Assembly: GCA_944391815.1 (NCBI GenBank)
Contig: CALXUV010000075.1
Coordinates: forward strand, 920 to 64,919
DNA: 64,000 nt
Direction of reading: 5' to 3'
Origin: an uncultured Clostridia bacterium
Lineage (GTDB): Bacteria; Bacillota; Clostridia; Oscillospirales; CAG-272
Shown here: positions 25,222 through 34,634 of the stretch, piece by piece
Layout of the letters: each line of letters begins with the position of its first letter
How positions within the stretch are numbered: position 1 is the first letter of the stretch
The notes under the pieces: model-generated
What the model saw: the letters and a program-made list of their open reading frames with translations, nothing else
Told to the model about the DNA's origin: nothing
The model's database searches: none
Program-made: the position numbers and the translations under genes

Positions 25222-25455
25222 TTTCTACCTCCTTACCCTGCTTCGGTAAAAAAAGCATTTACATTAAATCAGGAAATATTCCTCTGCCGGAATAATCACT
25301 GAACTGGATTTATAAAAAACACACCGCGGAACAGGACGATTCTATGTGATATGTCCCAAGTAAACTGCCGCATACAGACACAAAAAAATCATAAGAATCC
25401 GTTTTTTTATCTGAAACGAAAATAATCCTGCGCAAAAACAGAAAACCAAACTGAT

Positions 25456-27633
25456 TCAGTTAATGGTTTTGTTTACCGATTCTCCCGATTTTACAACGTA
25501 CTGTCTGAGTGCGGCATTTTCAGAGTGAGTCAGTTGCGGATCCTTTTCAAGACATTCTCCGGCAAGCTCAAAAACCTTTGCCAGGAGTAACTGATCACTG
25601 CAAAGTCCCGAAAGTTTAGTGCCGAAATTTCCGTGCTGTCTCAGTCCGGTGCTTTCTCCGCCGGATGAAACGGAAATAAAATCGCCCGGTCCTCTCATAT
25701 CAAGGTCATATTTCGCTATTTTGTAGCCGTCGCCGGTTGTCCTCATTACTTCAAGCCGCTTTGCTGAGTTTTCACTCTTGCTGTCTGATACGAGTATACA
25801 GTAAGACTTAGCATTTCCGCGTCCTACTCGCCCGCGTAGCTGATGAAGCTGAGAAAGACCGAACCTCTCCGCATTCTCCACTATCATAAGCGTTGCGTTA
25901 GGTACGTTTATACCGACTTCTATTACGGTTGTGGAAACAAGGATATCTATCTTACCGTCCGCAAAATCTGACATTATCCTGTCTTTTTCACTTCCGCTCA
26001 TTTTTCCGTGAATAAGAGCAGTCCTCAGATCCGGAAAAACGTTATTTTTCAGATTTTGCTCGTAATCAAGAACATTTTTAAGCTCCGGCATTTTTTCGGA
26101 AAGAGCGTAACTGCTATCGTCCGCAAGCGGGATAAATTCACTGAAGTCCCCTGTCTGTCCGATATTTTCTTCTTCCTCAGAGGCTTCTACGCTGGGACAA
26201 ACAATATACACCTGGTGCCCCTCACTGACCTGCTTTAATATGAATCGGTTGAGTCTTTCCCTATGTCTTTCACCTATTACATAAGTGTCAACCTTTTGTC
26301 TGCCGGCAGGCATCCGGTCTATAACAGATATATCAAGATCACCCATAAGGATAAGCGCAAGTGTACGTGGAATCGGAGTTGCGCTCATTACCAGGACGTG
26401 AGGTGAATCGCTTTTTGTCTGCAAAGAAGCACGCTGCATAACTCCGAATCTGTGTTGTTCATCAGTTACGGTAAGACCGAGATCCCTGAAACTGACATTT
26501 TCCGAAATAAGTGCATGTGTTCCGACAACAACCATTACTTCTCCGCCTGATATTTTTTTCAGAACAGCTTCCTTTTCTTTTTTGGTCATTGATCCGACAA
26601 GCAATGCGCACTCTATACCGAGCTTTCCTAAAACTTCACTGAAATCCTTATAATGCTGTCTTGCAAGTATTTCAGTCGGCGCCATAACCGCGCTCTGATA
26701 ACCGTTTCTGAAGCTCATATAAACAGCCGCCATTGCACATACAGTTTTTCCGCTGCCGACGTCACCTGAAACCAGTCTTGCCATCGGGCATTCCGAAAGC
26801 ATATCTTTTCTTATTTCACTTATTACCTTGCTCTGCGCCTCTGTAAGTTCAAACGGCAAAGCTCTGAGGAAATCCGATAGGCCGCACTTATCTTTGCTCA
26901 GATGCTTACCTTTAAGCATTTTTCTGCTTTTCTTGGAATAACTGACAGCCATAGCGAAAAGGAACAGCTCTTCACACAAAAAACGGTGTCTGCCGTTTTC
27001 TATCATCTGCTCACTGTCGGGTTTGTGTATACACCTGTAAGCCTCATATTCTCCGCAGACTTCAAGCTTGCTTCTGATCTCAGGTGGCAGAACATCGTTT
27101 GTTCCGTCAATGGTGATATTTTCAAGCGTATATTCGATAAGTGATCTTAAACTTCCCTGCGTCAGACCTTTGGTTGAGGGATACACAGGCACGTACTCTG
27201 CAAGAGACTTCGTTTCCGTAACCGGTTCGGTAGTTATCGGAGTAAGCATAAGCCCCGTCTTTCCGTGTACAAGTTTTCCCCAAAAACGATACGTGTTTCC
27301 GACAATAAGTACGTCCCGCATATACTTCTGATTGAAATATATCAGAGTACAGCTTCTCAGACCATCAAAAGCCTTGCATTTTGTAATCATCTTCCCGCCG
27401 TTTATTCTCGAGCTTACCGGTGCAGAAGTTACGGTAAGAACAAACGACGCAGTTTTACCGACATTATTTTCTCTAAGTTCCTTTACATCTCCTCTGTGCT
27501 GATATCCCCGGGGAAAATGCCTCAGTATATCTCCCGCCGTCAATATTCCAAGACTGCGAAGCATCTGAGATTTTTTCTGCCCGCATCCGTAAATATCGGT
27601 TACCGGACTGTCTTTCGTTAATTTACTTGGCAT
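25456..27633 (-). CDS. recG: ATP-dependent DNA helicase RecG
   Basis: 725 aa. Helicase motifs are present: GDVGSGKT (Walker A), DEQHRFG (DEQH box) and QLHQLRGRVGRG. The N-terminus has a wedge/OB region. Confidence 0.95.
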   Translation of the reverse strand: MPSKLTKDSPVTDIYGCGQKKSQMLRSLGILTAGDILRHFPRGYQHRGDVKELRENNVGKTASFVLTVTSAPVSSRINGGKMITKCKAFDGLRSCTLIYFNQKYMRDVLIVGNTYRFWGKLVHGKTGLMLTPITTEPVTETKSLAEYVPVYPSTKGLTQGSLRSLIEYTLENITIDGTNDVLPPEIRSKLEVCGEYEAYRCIHKPDSEQMIENGRHRFLCEELFLFAMAVSYSKKSRKMLKGKHLSKDKCGLSDFLRALPFELTEAQSKVISEIRKDMLSECPMARLVSGDVGSGKTVCAMAAVYMSFRNGYQSAVMAPTEILARQHYKDFSEVLGKLGIECALLVGSMTKKEKEAVLKKISGGEVMVVVGTHALISENVSFRDLGLTVTDEQHRFGVMQRASLQTKSDSPHVLVMSATPIPRTLALILMGDLDISVIDRMPAGRQKVDTYVIGERHRERLNRFILKQVSEGHQVYIVCPSVEASEEEENIGQTGDFSEFIPLADDSSYALSEKMPELKNVLDYEQNLKNNVFPDLRTALIHGKMSGSEKDRIMSDFADGKIDILVSTTVIEVGINVPNATLMIVENAERFGLSQLHQLRGRVGRGNAKSYCILVSDSKSENSAKRLEVMRTTGDGYKIAKYDLDMRGPGDFISVSSGGESTGLRQHGNFGTKLSGLCSDQLLLAKVFELAGECLEKDPQLTHSENAALRQYVVKSGESVNKTIN

Positions 27634-27973
27634 TTTTACCTCCTCTCGGACTCAGGAGATCAGCTGAAAAAAAATCCCGGATAAAAACTTTGCGCAGAAT
27701 AAACATTTTTCCGGAATGTTCTGAAACCGTATCTAACCGTATGGAATTTTTTTCTAACATAATCTTATATTGCCTGTTTTTTATACTTTTTGTGCATGCT
27801 TGTAAAATAAAGACAAAAACGGCAACTACTCACAATTCGTGACATTGTTCGGTTGCCTTTTGACATCCATAATTGTAAAATATTTAATTTTTCAGAAAAT
27901 GCTTGTAATTGCTTATAATTTGAGTTAAAATATATACGGAGCTATCCAATTATAAAACTGAAAGGATAAAAAA

Positions 27974-28198
27974 ATGAAAAACAATTTTAGTGACGTTGTT
28001 TCCGGACTTAAGGAAATGAAAATATCAAAATCTTACGATTGTCAGACAAAATTTTACTGCGGAAACTGTCAGTCGTCACCCCTCATTTTCCAGACCAAGG
28101 GTGAATTCAGCATGACCGGTTTGCAGATAATTGCCGTATGCACGGCTTTTTCAGTAATTTGCATGACTATGGCTATCGCAAAAAAATTAAAGAAGTAA
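27974..28198 (+). CDS. Hypothetical small tail-anchored membrane protein
   Basis: 74 aa with an AAAGGA RBS. It has one C-terminal hydrophobic helix (LQIIAVCTAFSVICMTMAIA) and a CGNC motif. No family recognised. Confidence 0.4.
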   Translation: MKNNFSDVVSGLKEMKISKSYDCQTKFYCGNCQSSPLIFQTKGEFSMTGLQIIAVCTAFSVICMTMAIAKKLKK

Positions 28199-28269
28199 TA
28201 TTTAACCGAAAATTGTTGCTTTTCAACTTTATCACTATCAAAATGATTTAAAACTGAGGTTTTTTCAGA

Positions 28270-28818
28270 CTATTTCCGCAATATGTTTTTTCTCCCCTTT
28301 TCGGGGGTACATATTTTATCTTGTGAAAGTTTCCTTTTTTCAAGATACTTTACCGTCAGAAAACAAATCGCCGCCGCTGTAAGCGCACCTGCGCTATCTA
28401 TCAGGACATCGGTAAAACGTCCTGCCCTTCCGCTCACGGAAGTCTGATGGATTTCGTCGGTTACAGCAAACAGCACTGCATAAAGAACAGATCCGGAAAA
28501 TGATAAAATCAGTGAATTATTGATTTTTATCGACCGTTCCAGTGCAAAAAACGCAAAAAACGCAAGTATAAAATATTCAGTAAAATGAGCCGTCTTTCTC
28601 ACAAAAAAAGACACTCCTGAATAAATTTTATCCTGTGCTGCCGCATCCTTGCTGTCAAAATCCGGAAAGAGAACTGTTACTAATTTTGCCGTCAAGCCAC
28701 CGCTTGTCTGCGAAGATTCTTCGCCGGTCTGACTGCTCATTAAAAAAATTACCGTTGACCACAGCAGAACAGCCGTCCACATCAAAACAATTATAACGGT
28801 TTTTCTTTTCAAAATCAA
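28270..28818 (-). CDS. VanZ family membrane protein
   Basis: 182 aa with four hydrophobic segments. HFTEYFILAF and TDEIHQ motifs are typical of VanZ-like proteins. Confidence 0.7.
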   Translation of the reverse strand: MILKRKTVIIVLMWTAVLLWSTVIFLMSSQTGEESSQTSGGLTAKLVTVLFPDFDSKDAAAQDKIYSGVSFFVRKTAHFTEYFILAFFAFFALERSIKINNSLILSFSGSVLYAVLFAVTDEIHQTSVSGRAGRFTDVLIDSAGALTAAAICFLTVKYLEKRKLSQDKICTPEKGRKNILRK

Positions 28819-29098
28819 TCTCCAATCTGATATTTGGCGTTAATTTCAACATAATTTCAATTTGCTGTTACAATAGCCCACTGCTTCTGTCGAAGTATGT
28901 GGGCTATGTTCAATATTATAATTATGCGCCGGAAACGAATCTATTCATAAAAACCGTAAAAGTCGGAAATCTATACCCTGAATTCAATTATTCATACGGT
29001 AAATTCAATTTCTTAATTTGATAAAGAAAAATTATTTGCTTCAATGAACCTGAAAATAAGACCGACTCGGAATATATTAACCGGTTTTATGTTAAAAT

Positions 29099-30379
29099 TC
29101 ATGCATCTTTCTCTTTAACAGCTTCTTCTTCCTCAGCTATTTCCCTTACAGTTACCGTAATTTCGTTCACTCTTTGGTCATCAGCCGAAATCACTTCAAC
29201 TATCAGGTTATTGAACTCAAACGTATCTCCTTCCTGCGGGAAACAGCCGAATTTTTCAAGAACCCAGCCGCCTACTGTGGCAGCGTCGGTTTCATCTTCA
29301 AGATCAAAATACCTGAACATTTTTTCAAGATCTGTTGAACAAAGTACCTTGTATCTGTTTGTCTCTATCTCCACAATATCCTCGACTACTTCATCGTGCT
29401 CATCCCAGATTTCACCGACAAGTTCTTCGAGAATATCTTCCATTGTCACTATTCCCATCGTTCCGCCGTACTCATCCACAACTATTGCAAGGTGAGATTT
29501 GTTTTTCTGCAAAAGCTTAAGTATATCGGATATTTTCATAGTCAGCGGTATGTAAACCGGCTTTTTCATGATTGTTTTAATAGAATTGTCAGTACCCAGA
29601 ACTTTACTGTAAAAATCCTTCTGATGAATTATTCCTGTAATACTGTCTATATCCCCTGAATATACCGGTATTCTCGAATAACCTGTCTCGGAAAAAAGCC
29701 TTGCTATTTCTTCGTTTGACATATTTTCGTCAACAGCTTCAAGAAGGGTTCTTGGGGTCAGGATATCTGAAGCCTCTCTGTCGGTAAACTCTATGGCAGA
29801 GCGGAGTAACTCACTTTCTTCCTTATCAATGCCGCCTTCATGCTCTACTTCTTCAACCAGCGTAAGTAGTTCATCCTGTGTCATTCTCCTGTCGTCACCG
29901 TTACCAAAGACCTTGTTTATAGCGGCTTTGATACCGGAAAACAGTATGCTGACCGGTGTAAGTATCTTCATCAGTACAGAAATAACGGGAGCTGAAAACA
30001 TCGCAAAACGCTCCGGTGACTCCTTAGCAACCGTTTTCGGTGTTATCTCTCCGAAAGTAAGTACCACAACAGTTGAAACAATCGTAGCAACCACGGTACC
30101 GGTAATCTGATTTTCCTTCAAAAGATTTATGAAAAAAACCGTACAGACTGATGACAGTATTATGTTAACTATGTTATTTCCTATGAGTATTGTTGAAAGT
30201 AATTTATCATATTTGTCCGACAGTGTCAGAACCAGACCTGCACGCCTGTTTCCCTTGTCGGAAAGTGTCTTGATTCTTGTTTTGTTTAAAGATGAAAACG
30301 CTGTTTCTGTCGCTGAAAAGTACGCCGAAAAAACAAGCATTATCACCATAAGTATTATCTGTATTGAACTGCCTTCCAT
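29099..30379 (-). CDS. CNNM/CorC-type (hemolysin-family) membrane protein: DUF21 + CBS pair + CorC_HlyC
   Basis: 426 aa with an N-terminal four-TM DUF21-like region, then a CBS pair (SRIPVY...AIVVDEYGGTMGIVTMEDILEELVGEIWDEHD) and a C-terminal transporter-associated domain. Confidence 0.85.
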   Translation of the reverse strand: MEGSSIQIILMVIMLVFSAYFSATETAFSSLNKTRIKTLSDKGNRRAGLVLTLSDKYDKLLSTILIGNNIVNIILSSVCTVFFINLLKENQITGTVVATIVSTVVVLTFGEITPKTVAKESPERFAMFSAPVISVLMKILTPVSILFSGIKAAINKVFGNGDDRRMTQDELLTLVEEVEHEGGIDKEESELLRSAIEFTDREASDILTPRTLLEAVDENMSNEEIARLFSETGYSRIPVYSGDIDSITGIIHQKDFYSKVLGTDNSIKTIMKKPVYIPLTMKISDILKLLQKNKSHLAIVVDEYGGTMGIVTMEDILEELVGEIWDEHDEVVEDIVEIETNRYKVLCSTDLEKMFRYFDLEDETDAATVGGWVLEKFGCFPQEGDTFEFNNLIVEVISADDQRVNEITVTVREIAEEEEAVKEKDA

Positions 30380-30651
30380 TATTATCTTCTCCTATCAGTG
30401 CGAATTTTTCGGTATATTATCCGTAAATATCAAATCAGCATTACAAACCGACTGATCGGAGAGTGTATGTTTCTGAGCTTGCTGTAAAGTTTCAGAAATT
30501 TCATAAAAACAGTTTTTTTGCTGTACGATATGTCAATCCGACGCGAATATTTATATTCGCTCAGAGGAATACATATACACAGCGTATAAATACAGTTACA
30601 ATTTCCTCGGGGAGGTTCACCCATAATTATATCTCCTTTCATCTGCTTTTT

Positions 30652-30680
30652 ATTGTAACATATATATGTATCTATTTCAA
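30652..30680 (-). promoter_or_regulatory. Promoter giving a roughly 270-nt leader for the CNNM/CorC-type gene
   Basis: The minus strand reads TTGAAA-17 nt-TACAAT with a TGn extension. Confidence 0.5.
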
Positions 30681-30737
30681 CGATTTTAACAAAAAATTTA
30701 AATTTTTTACTTCGACTTTGTTTTTACATAAAATTAC

Positions 30738-30766
30738 TTGACATTATTTTGTCAAAGTGGTAGAAT
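30738..30766 (+). promoter_or_regulatory. Promoter of the O-antigen-ligase-like gene
   Basis: TTGACA-17 nt-TAGAAT with a TGn extension, 39 nt upstream of the ATG at 30805. Confidence 0.6.
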
Positions 30767-30804
30767 ATGGTGAATAAGGACTGACCGGAGAAAGGAGGAA
30801 TTCT

Positions 30805-32946
30805 ATGCCGCAAGACAAAAACAGCCAAATGTCTTTCTTTCCGGAAAAACAATCGGATTACGAAGGTGATTTTCCGGAAAACAGTTATGGAAACACCGAT
30901 GATAACAATATCCAAAATGATATGAGTTCTCACCGCATTGAAAACACGGTAGCCGCTGACAGTGAAGATTCAGAACCGGAAAATATTCCTCTGTCGGAAA
31001 TTCTCCCTGAGCAAACTGTTACTCCCCAGTCAGTTACCTCTTCCGAATCCGCTCAGCGTCAGCCGGAAGTAAGGCGAAAATCTGCTGAAAAGAAACTTGA
31101 CTTCAATCCGGAAAACAGTTTGATTATTTCTTTCCTTATACTGGTTGGCGGAGCAATCGCTAAAACCTTAAGAAACAGTTTTACTGCTACGGTATTTACT
31201 GCATATAACAAGATTTCAGCTGACTTCAAGGAATCTTTTATTTACAAGTCGCTGTTCAACCAGAAAACCGACAGGGTAACTTTGAAGATAAAGAAGGTCT
31301 TGCGAAGAATTGCAACCAATGCACGGGTTCCGTCACTGATCGGAGAGATTTTTTCTTCACTTGTCAAACTGAAAGCGAGAACTTACGGAGTAATTTTCTT
31401 TTCTTTCGGTGTGATGACCATGCTTCTTCACTTTTTTGTAGTCCGTAATTTCACGTTTTTCAACCTGGATCTTTACGCACCGGTAACCGCAGGACTTGCA
31501 ATAATTCTTTCACTTTTTCTGATTATTTCAGGTAAAACCGTCTCGGATATGCTGAAAGAAAGCTATTTTCTGTCTACTCTGCTGTTTGATTTTTTAGGAA
31601 TCAAACGGCCATCACACAGTGAAAACGAAGTAGTTGAATTTCCTGCCAGCGGAGCGGCAATAGTCGGTGCTCTGTTCGGAGCGCTGACACTGTTCTTCCC
31701 TGCCCTGAGCGTTATTTTTGCCGTTATTACCGTAATTTACACCTTCATAGTAATTAAGTATCCTGAGACAGGTGTAGTGTCTCTCATACTTATTGCACCG
31801 ATTCTCAGCAATTCAGCGCTTATTTATATCTGCTCGGTCATCACGGTTTCGTATATATTCAAAATTCTTGTCGGTAAACGCACACCGAATTTTGAATTCA
31901 CCGAGCTTATAGTAGCCCTGTTTTTACTCCTTACTCTGATGTCGGGAATAATCACATTCGGAACAAAATCTGAAATTTTCTCAAACGGCATTTTCATCAT
32001 GGTGTATTTTCTGCTGGTTTGTACTCTTCGCGACAGAAACTGGTTTGATCGTGCTGTAAAATCAATTATTCTCTGTTCTTGTATTTTCGCTTCTTTTTCG
32101 CTGTTTGTAACGTTTTTCGGAAAGCATTTTGAAATTGATTTCAACTACATTCCGAATTCTGACGTTGCCGGAGCGGAATCAAATATCTTCCAGTCTTCGT
32201 ATGTTCTCGGAATAATCCTTATGTGCGGATTGCTTTACATGTTGACTGCGTTTTTCACGGCAAAAACTTTAAGCAATAAAATAGCGTTCTTCATTTTCAT
32301 GGTTATTGCCGCCATATTTATTTTCAGAGAAACTTCGCCTTCAATTATTTTTGCCCTGCTGGTGTCTGCTGTCATCTATCTCTTTCTGAAAAGCAGTAAG
32401 ACCGCCGTATTTACGGTCGTGGTACTTTGTATTACACCGGTAGTTTTGTCCTTTACTCCATGGCTTGTAAACGGAATCAAAGCTTCTTTAAGTAACGAAA
32501 TGTACCGACTTGATATATGGAATGCTGTTATAAATATGTTCGGGAAGTACGGTCTTTCAGGCATAGGAACAGGTAAAGATGCTTTTACTGACATATATAC
32601 CACCTTCTATATCGGAAATTCAGTAAACGTAAAACATGCACACAGCCTCCTCTTTCAGATCGCTTTTTCTCTCGGTTTCTTCGGGGTCGTGCTGTTTGCT
32701 CTGATAATTTTCTTTATAATGCAGGGAGCTTTGACTTACGGAAGAAACTGTACTGATAAATCGGCAGAAAACCGACTCTTGTGTTACTCCGGAATGTGTT
32801 CTGTAATAGCTCTGGCTCTTTGCGGACTTACTGAATATATCTGGCTGAATTCAAGAATTATGTTGGTGTTCTGGATTCTGTGCGGTCTTGCCGTTTGTTC
32901 CAGAAGAAGCGCAAACGAAAGAAATGACGAAGAACAGTTTAACTGA
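30805..32946 (+). CDS. O-antigen ligase/polymerase-like (Wzy_C-type) polytopic membrane protein with an acidic N-terminal extension
   Basis: 713 aa with a GGAGG RBS and more than 10 hydrophobic segments. NVKHAHSLLFQIAFSLGFFG resembles the O-antigen ligase domain. The first roughly 100 aa are acidic and Ser/Glu/Pro-rich. Confidence 0.7.
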   Translation: MPQDKNSQMSFFPEKQSDYEGDFPENSYGNTDDNNIQNDMSSHRIENTVAADSEDSEPENIPLSEILPEQTVTPQSVTSSESAQRQPEVRRKSAEKKLDFNPENSLIISFLILVGGAIAKTLRNSFTATVFTAYNKISADFKESFIYKSLFNQKTDRVTLKIKKVLRRIATNARVPSLIGEIFSSLVKLKARTYGVIFFSFGVMTMLLHFFVVRNFTFFNLDLYAPVTAGLAIILSLFLIISGKTVSDMLKESYFLSTLLFDFLGIKRPSHSENEVVEFPASGAAIVGALFGALTLFFPALSVIFAVITVIYTFIVIKYPETGVVSLILIAPILSNSALIYICSVITVSYIFKILVGKRTPNFEFTELIVALFLLLTLMSGIITFGTKSEIFSNGIFIMVYFLLVCTLRDRNWFDRAVKSIILCSCIFASFSLFVTFFGKHFEIDFNYIPNSDVAGAESNIFQSSYVLGIILMCGLLYMLTAFFTAKTLSNKIAFFIFMVIAAIFIFRETSPSIIFALLVSAVIYLFLKSSKTAVFTVVVLCITPVVLSFTPWLVNGIKASLSNEMYRLDIWNAVINMFGKYGLSGIGTGKDAFTDIYTTFYIGNSVNVKHAHSLLFQIAFSLGFFGVVLFALIIFFIMQGALTYGRNCTDKSAENRLLCYSGMCSVIALALCGLTEYIWLNSRIMLVFWILCGLAVCSRRSANERNDEEQFN

Positions 32947-32971
32947 TACACTTTCAGAAAGGAGATTAATT

Positions 32972-33487
32972 ATGGCCGGATCGGCAAATAATCCCAAGCG
33001 AAAATTCAATATTCTCGATTTTTTACTCATTTTACTCATCATTACCACTGTTGCAATTACCATTGTCTCGGTTATACGATCCAATCCCAACAAAATTTCC
33101 GGCGGTGACAAGGATATTACTTACACAATCAGATGTGAAATGATTGATGGAAGTCTTACCGATAATATTGCCGTAGGTGACAATATCTACGATGACGTTA
33201 CAAACCAGCTGCTCGGCACGGTTACAAAGGTCGAAACAGAAGTAGTTAAGGCTGTTGACCTCTCTTCTTCCGGACTGTTGAAACCTTTGGTTGACACAAA
33301 CAAAGTCAACATAACTCTCACAGTTTCAGCCAAAGTCTGGGACCGGGACGGCATTTACAGTATCGATAATTACCGTATCGCCGCTGGAAAGCAAATAAGC
33401 TTTCATTCGGAAAATATTTCCGTAACCGGTAGCTGTTTATTAATCACCGACACTGAAAACGGAGAACAAAGCAATGAACAACAATAA
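32972..33487 (+). CDS. DUF4330-like membrane-anchored protein
   Basis: 171 aa from ATG 32972, with AAAGGAG 7 nt upstream; the track ORF is over-extended. The N-terminus is KFNILDFLLILLIITTVAITIV, as in DUF4330 proteins. Confidence 0.65.
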   Translation: MAGSANNPKRKFNILDFLLILLIITTVAITIVSVIRSNPNKISGGDKDITYTIRCEMIDGSLTDNIAVGDNIYDDVTNQLLGTVTKVETEVVKAVDLSSSGLLKPLVDTNKVNITLTVSAKVWDRDGIYSIDNYRIAAGKQISFHSENISVTGSCLLITDTENGEQSNEQQ

Positions 33488-33962
33488 TATTTATCAGGAA
33501 AAAAAGCATTTTACAGCTGTCGATGTTCTGATAGTGTTTTCGGTTCTTGTGCTGATTGCTACACTGATTTTTCGCACTCAGTTGATTTCACTGTTCAATG
33601 ACAGCAGTAAAAGAGCTGACTGTGAAATATATTTCGTTTGCGAAAGCGTCCCGAATGAAATATCTGCACAGATAAAAGACGGCTCAAAACTTTACTGGGT
33701 TGAATCGGATACTTCAATCGGAAAACTTACCGTCACCTCTCAGTTTTCCCCTTCTGTGGTTTACACCAGTGAAGATGATACGCTATATATAGATTATTCG
33801 GAAACCGCATCAACCTTTACAGGAAAAATTGATGCTGCAGCCGTGTCAAATAACGGATGTTATCTGAACGGAACGGATTTTATTGCCCCGGGAATGACAA
33901 TAACCGTTTCCACGGAGTATGCTCAGTTTGAAATACTGGTAACCGACATTAAGTTTATTTAA
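33474..33962 (+). CDS. DUF4330-like membrane-anchored protein (second copy)
   Basis: 162 aa with a GGAGA RBS and a 14-nt overlap with the upstream gene. It has an N-terminal anchor (FTAVDVLIVFSVLVLIATLIF). Confidence 0.55.
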   Translation: MNNNNIYQEKKHFTAVDVLIVFSVLVLIATLIFRTQLISLFNDSSKRADCEIYFVCESVPNEISAQIKDGSKLYWVESDTSIGKLTVTSQFSPSVVYTSEDDTLYIDYSETASTFTGKIDAAAVSNNGCYLNGTDFIAPGMTITVSTEYAQFEILVTDIKFI

Positions 33963-34015
33963 CGCTGTTAAATTTTATAATGCATAATCTGCTTATTCTT
34001 TGTGTTCTCTTATAC

Positions 34016-34040
34016 GGCCGCTGTATTTGCGGCCTTTTTT
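34016..34040 (+). terminator. Terminator after the DUF4330-like pair
   Basis: GGCCGC-loop-GCGGCC is followed by TTTTTT. Confidence 0.65.
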
Positions 34041-34155
34041 ACTTTTTTAATTTTCGGAGCTGCTTTTTCTTAAACAGTTTTTTCGTCATAGAGAGTTATT
34101 TTTCGCAAGTATATTTTCCGTAATCAATAATTTTTACTATTTTGCAAAAAAGCTC

Positions 34156-34184
34156 TTGACAAATTGACTTTTTTCTGATATACT
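34156..34184 (+). promoter_or_regulatory. tRNA-Thr promoter
   Basis: TTGACA-17 nt-TATACT, 29 nt upstream of the tRNA 5' end. Confidence 0.7.
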
Positions 34185-34212
34185 CGTTAAAGCCGGACAG
34201 GTTAATAGGTTT

Positions 34213-34288
34213 GCTGCTATGGCTCAGTAGGCAGAGCACTTCCTTGGTAAGGAAGAGGTCACCGGTTCGAATCCGGTTAGCAGCTCCA
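34213..34288 (+). tRNA. tRNA-Thr (anticodon GGT), CCA encoded
   Basis: I folded the cloverleaf by hand. Acceptor GCTGCTA/TAGCAGC; D-stem GCTC/GAGC; anticodon stem CTTCC/GGAAG with loop TTGGTAA; T-arm ACCGG-TTCGAAT-CCGGT; discriminator T and CCA. Confidence 0.95.
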
Positions 34289-34308
34289 TATTTCCGACTA
34301 ATTTGTCG

Positions 34309-34346
34309 GCATTCAAACAAATAAAGGACACCTTGGCGGTGTCCTT
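34309..34346 (+). terminator. tRNA-Thr terminator
   Basis: A 13-bp perfect stem AAATAAAGGACAC/GTGTCCTTTATTT is followed by GTTTT. Confidence 0.8.
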
Positions 34347-34634
34347 TATTTGTTTTCAGGATTGTATGCAAAATCTAAATAATCCGGATTAAAATCGGCA
34401 AATTATTTTAGCAACAGATAATTTTGAAATATTAATTTTGTGTTCAATTCAGCTCGACTTGAAGTGTTACATTTTTCTTAACGGGAATTATTCCCTGTTT
34501 TTCGGATTTTTGTCTCAGAATAAATAAATTTCCCGTTACGCAACCTGAAGTTGACAAAATTCATACCGATAGTTGGTGGTTTTTGAGCCTTATTTATGAT
34601 AAAATGCTGACATAAAAACAAGGAGGAAGTTCTT

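Noticed and set aside
30380-30680. Calling the CNNM/CorC leader an M-box riboswitch
   Set aside because: Only a short 5' segment resembles the M-box. I could not trace the remaining conserved helices by eye, so it stays as an unclassified leader pending a covariance-model scan.
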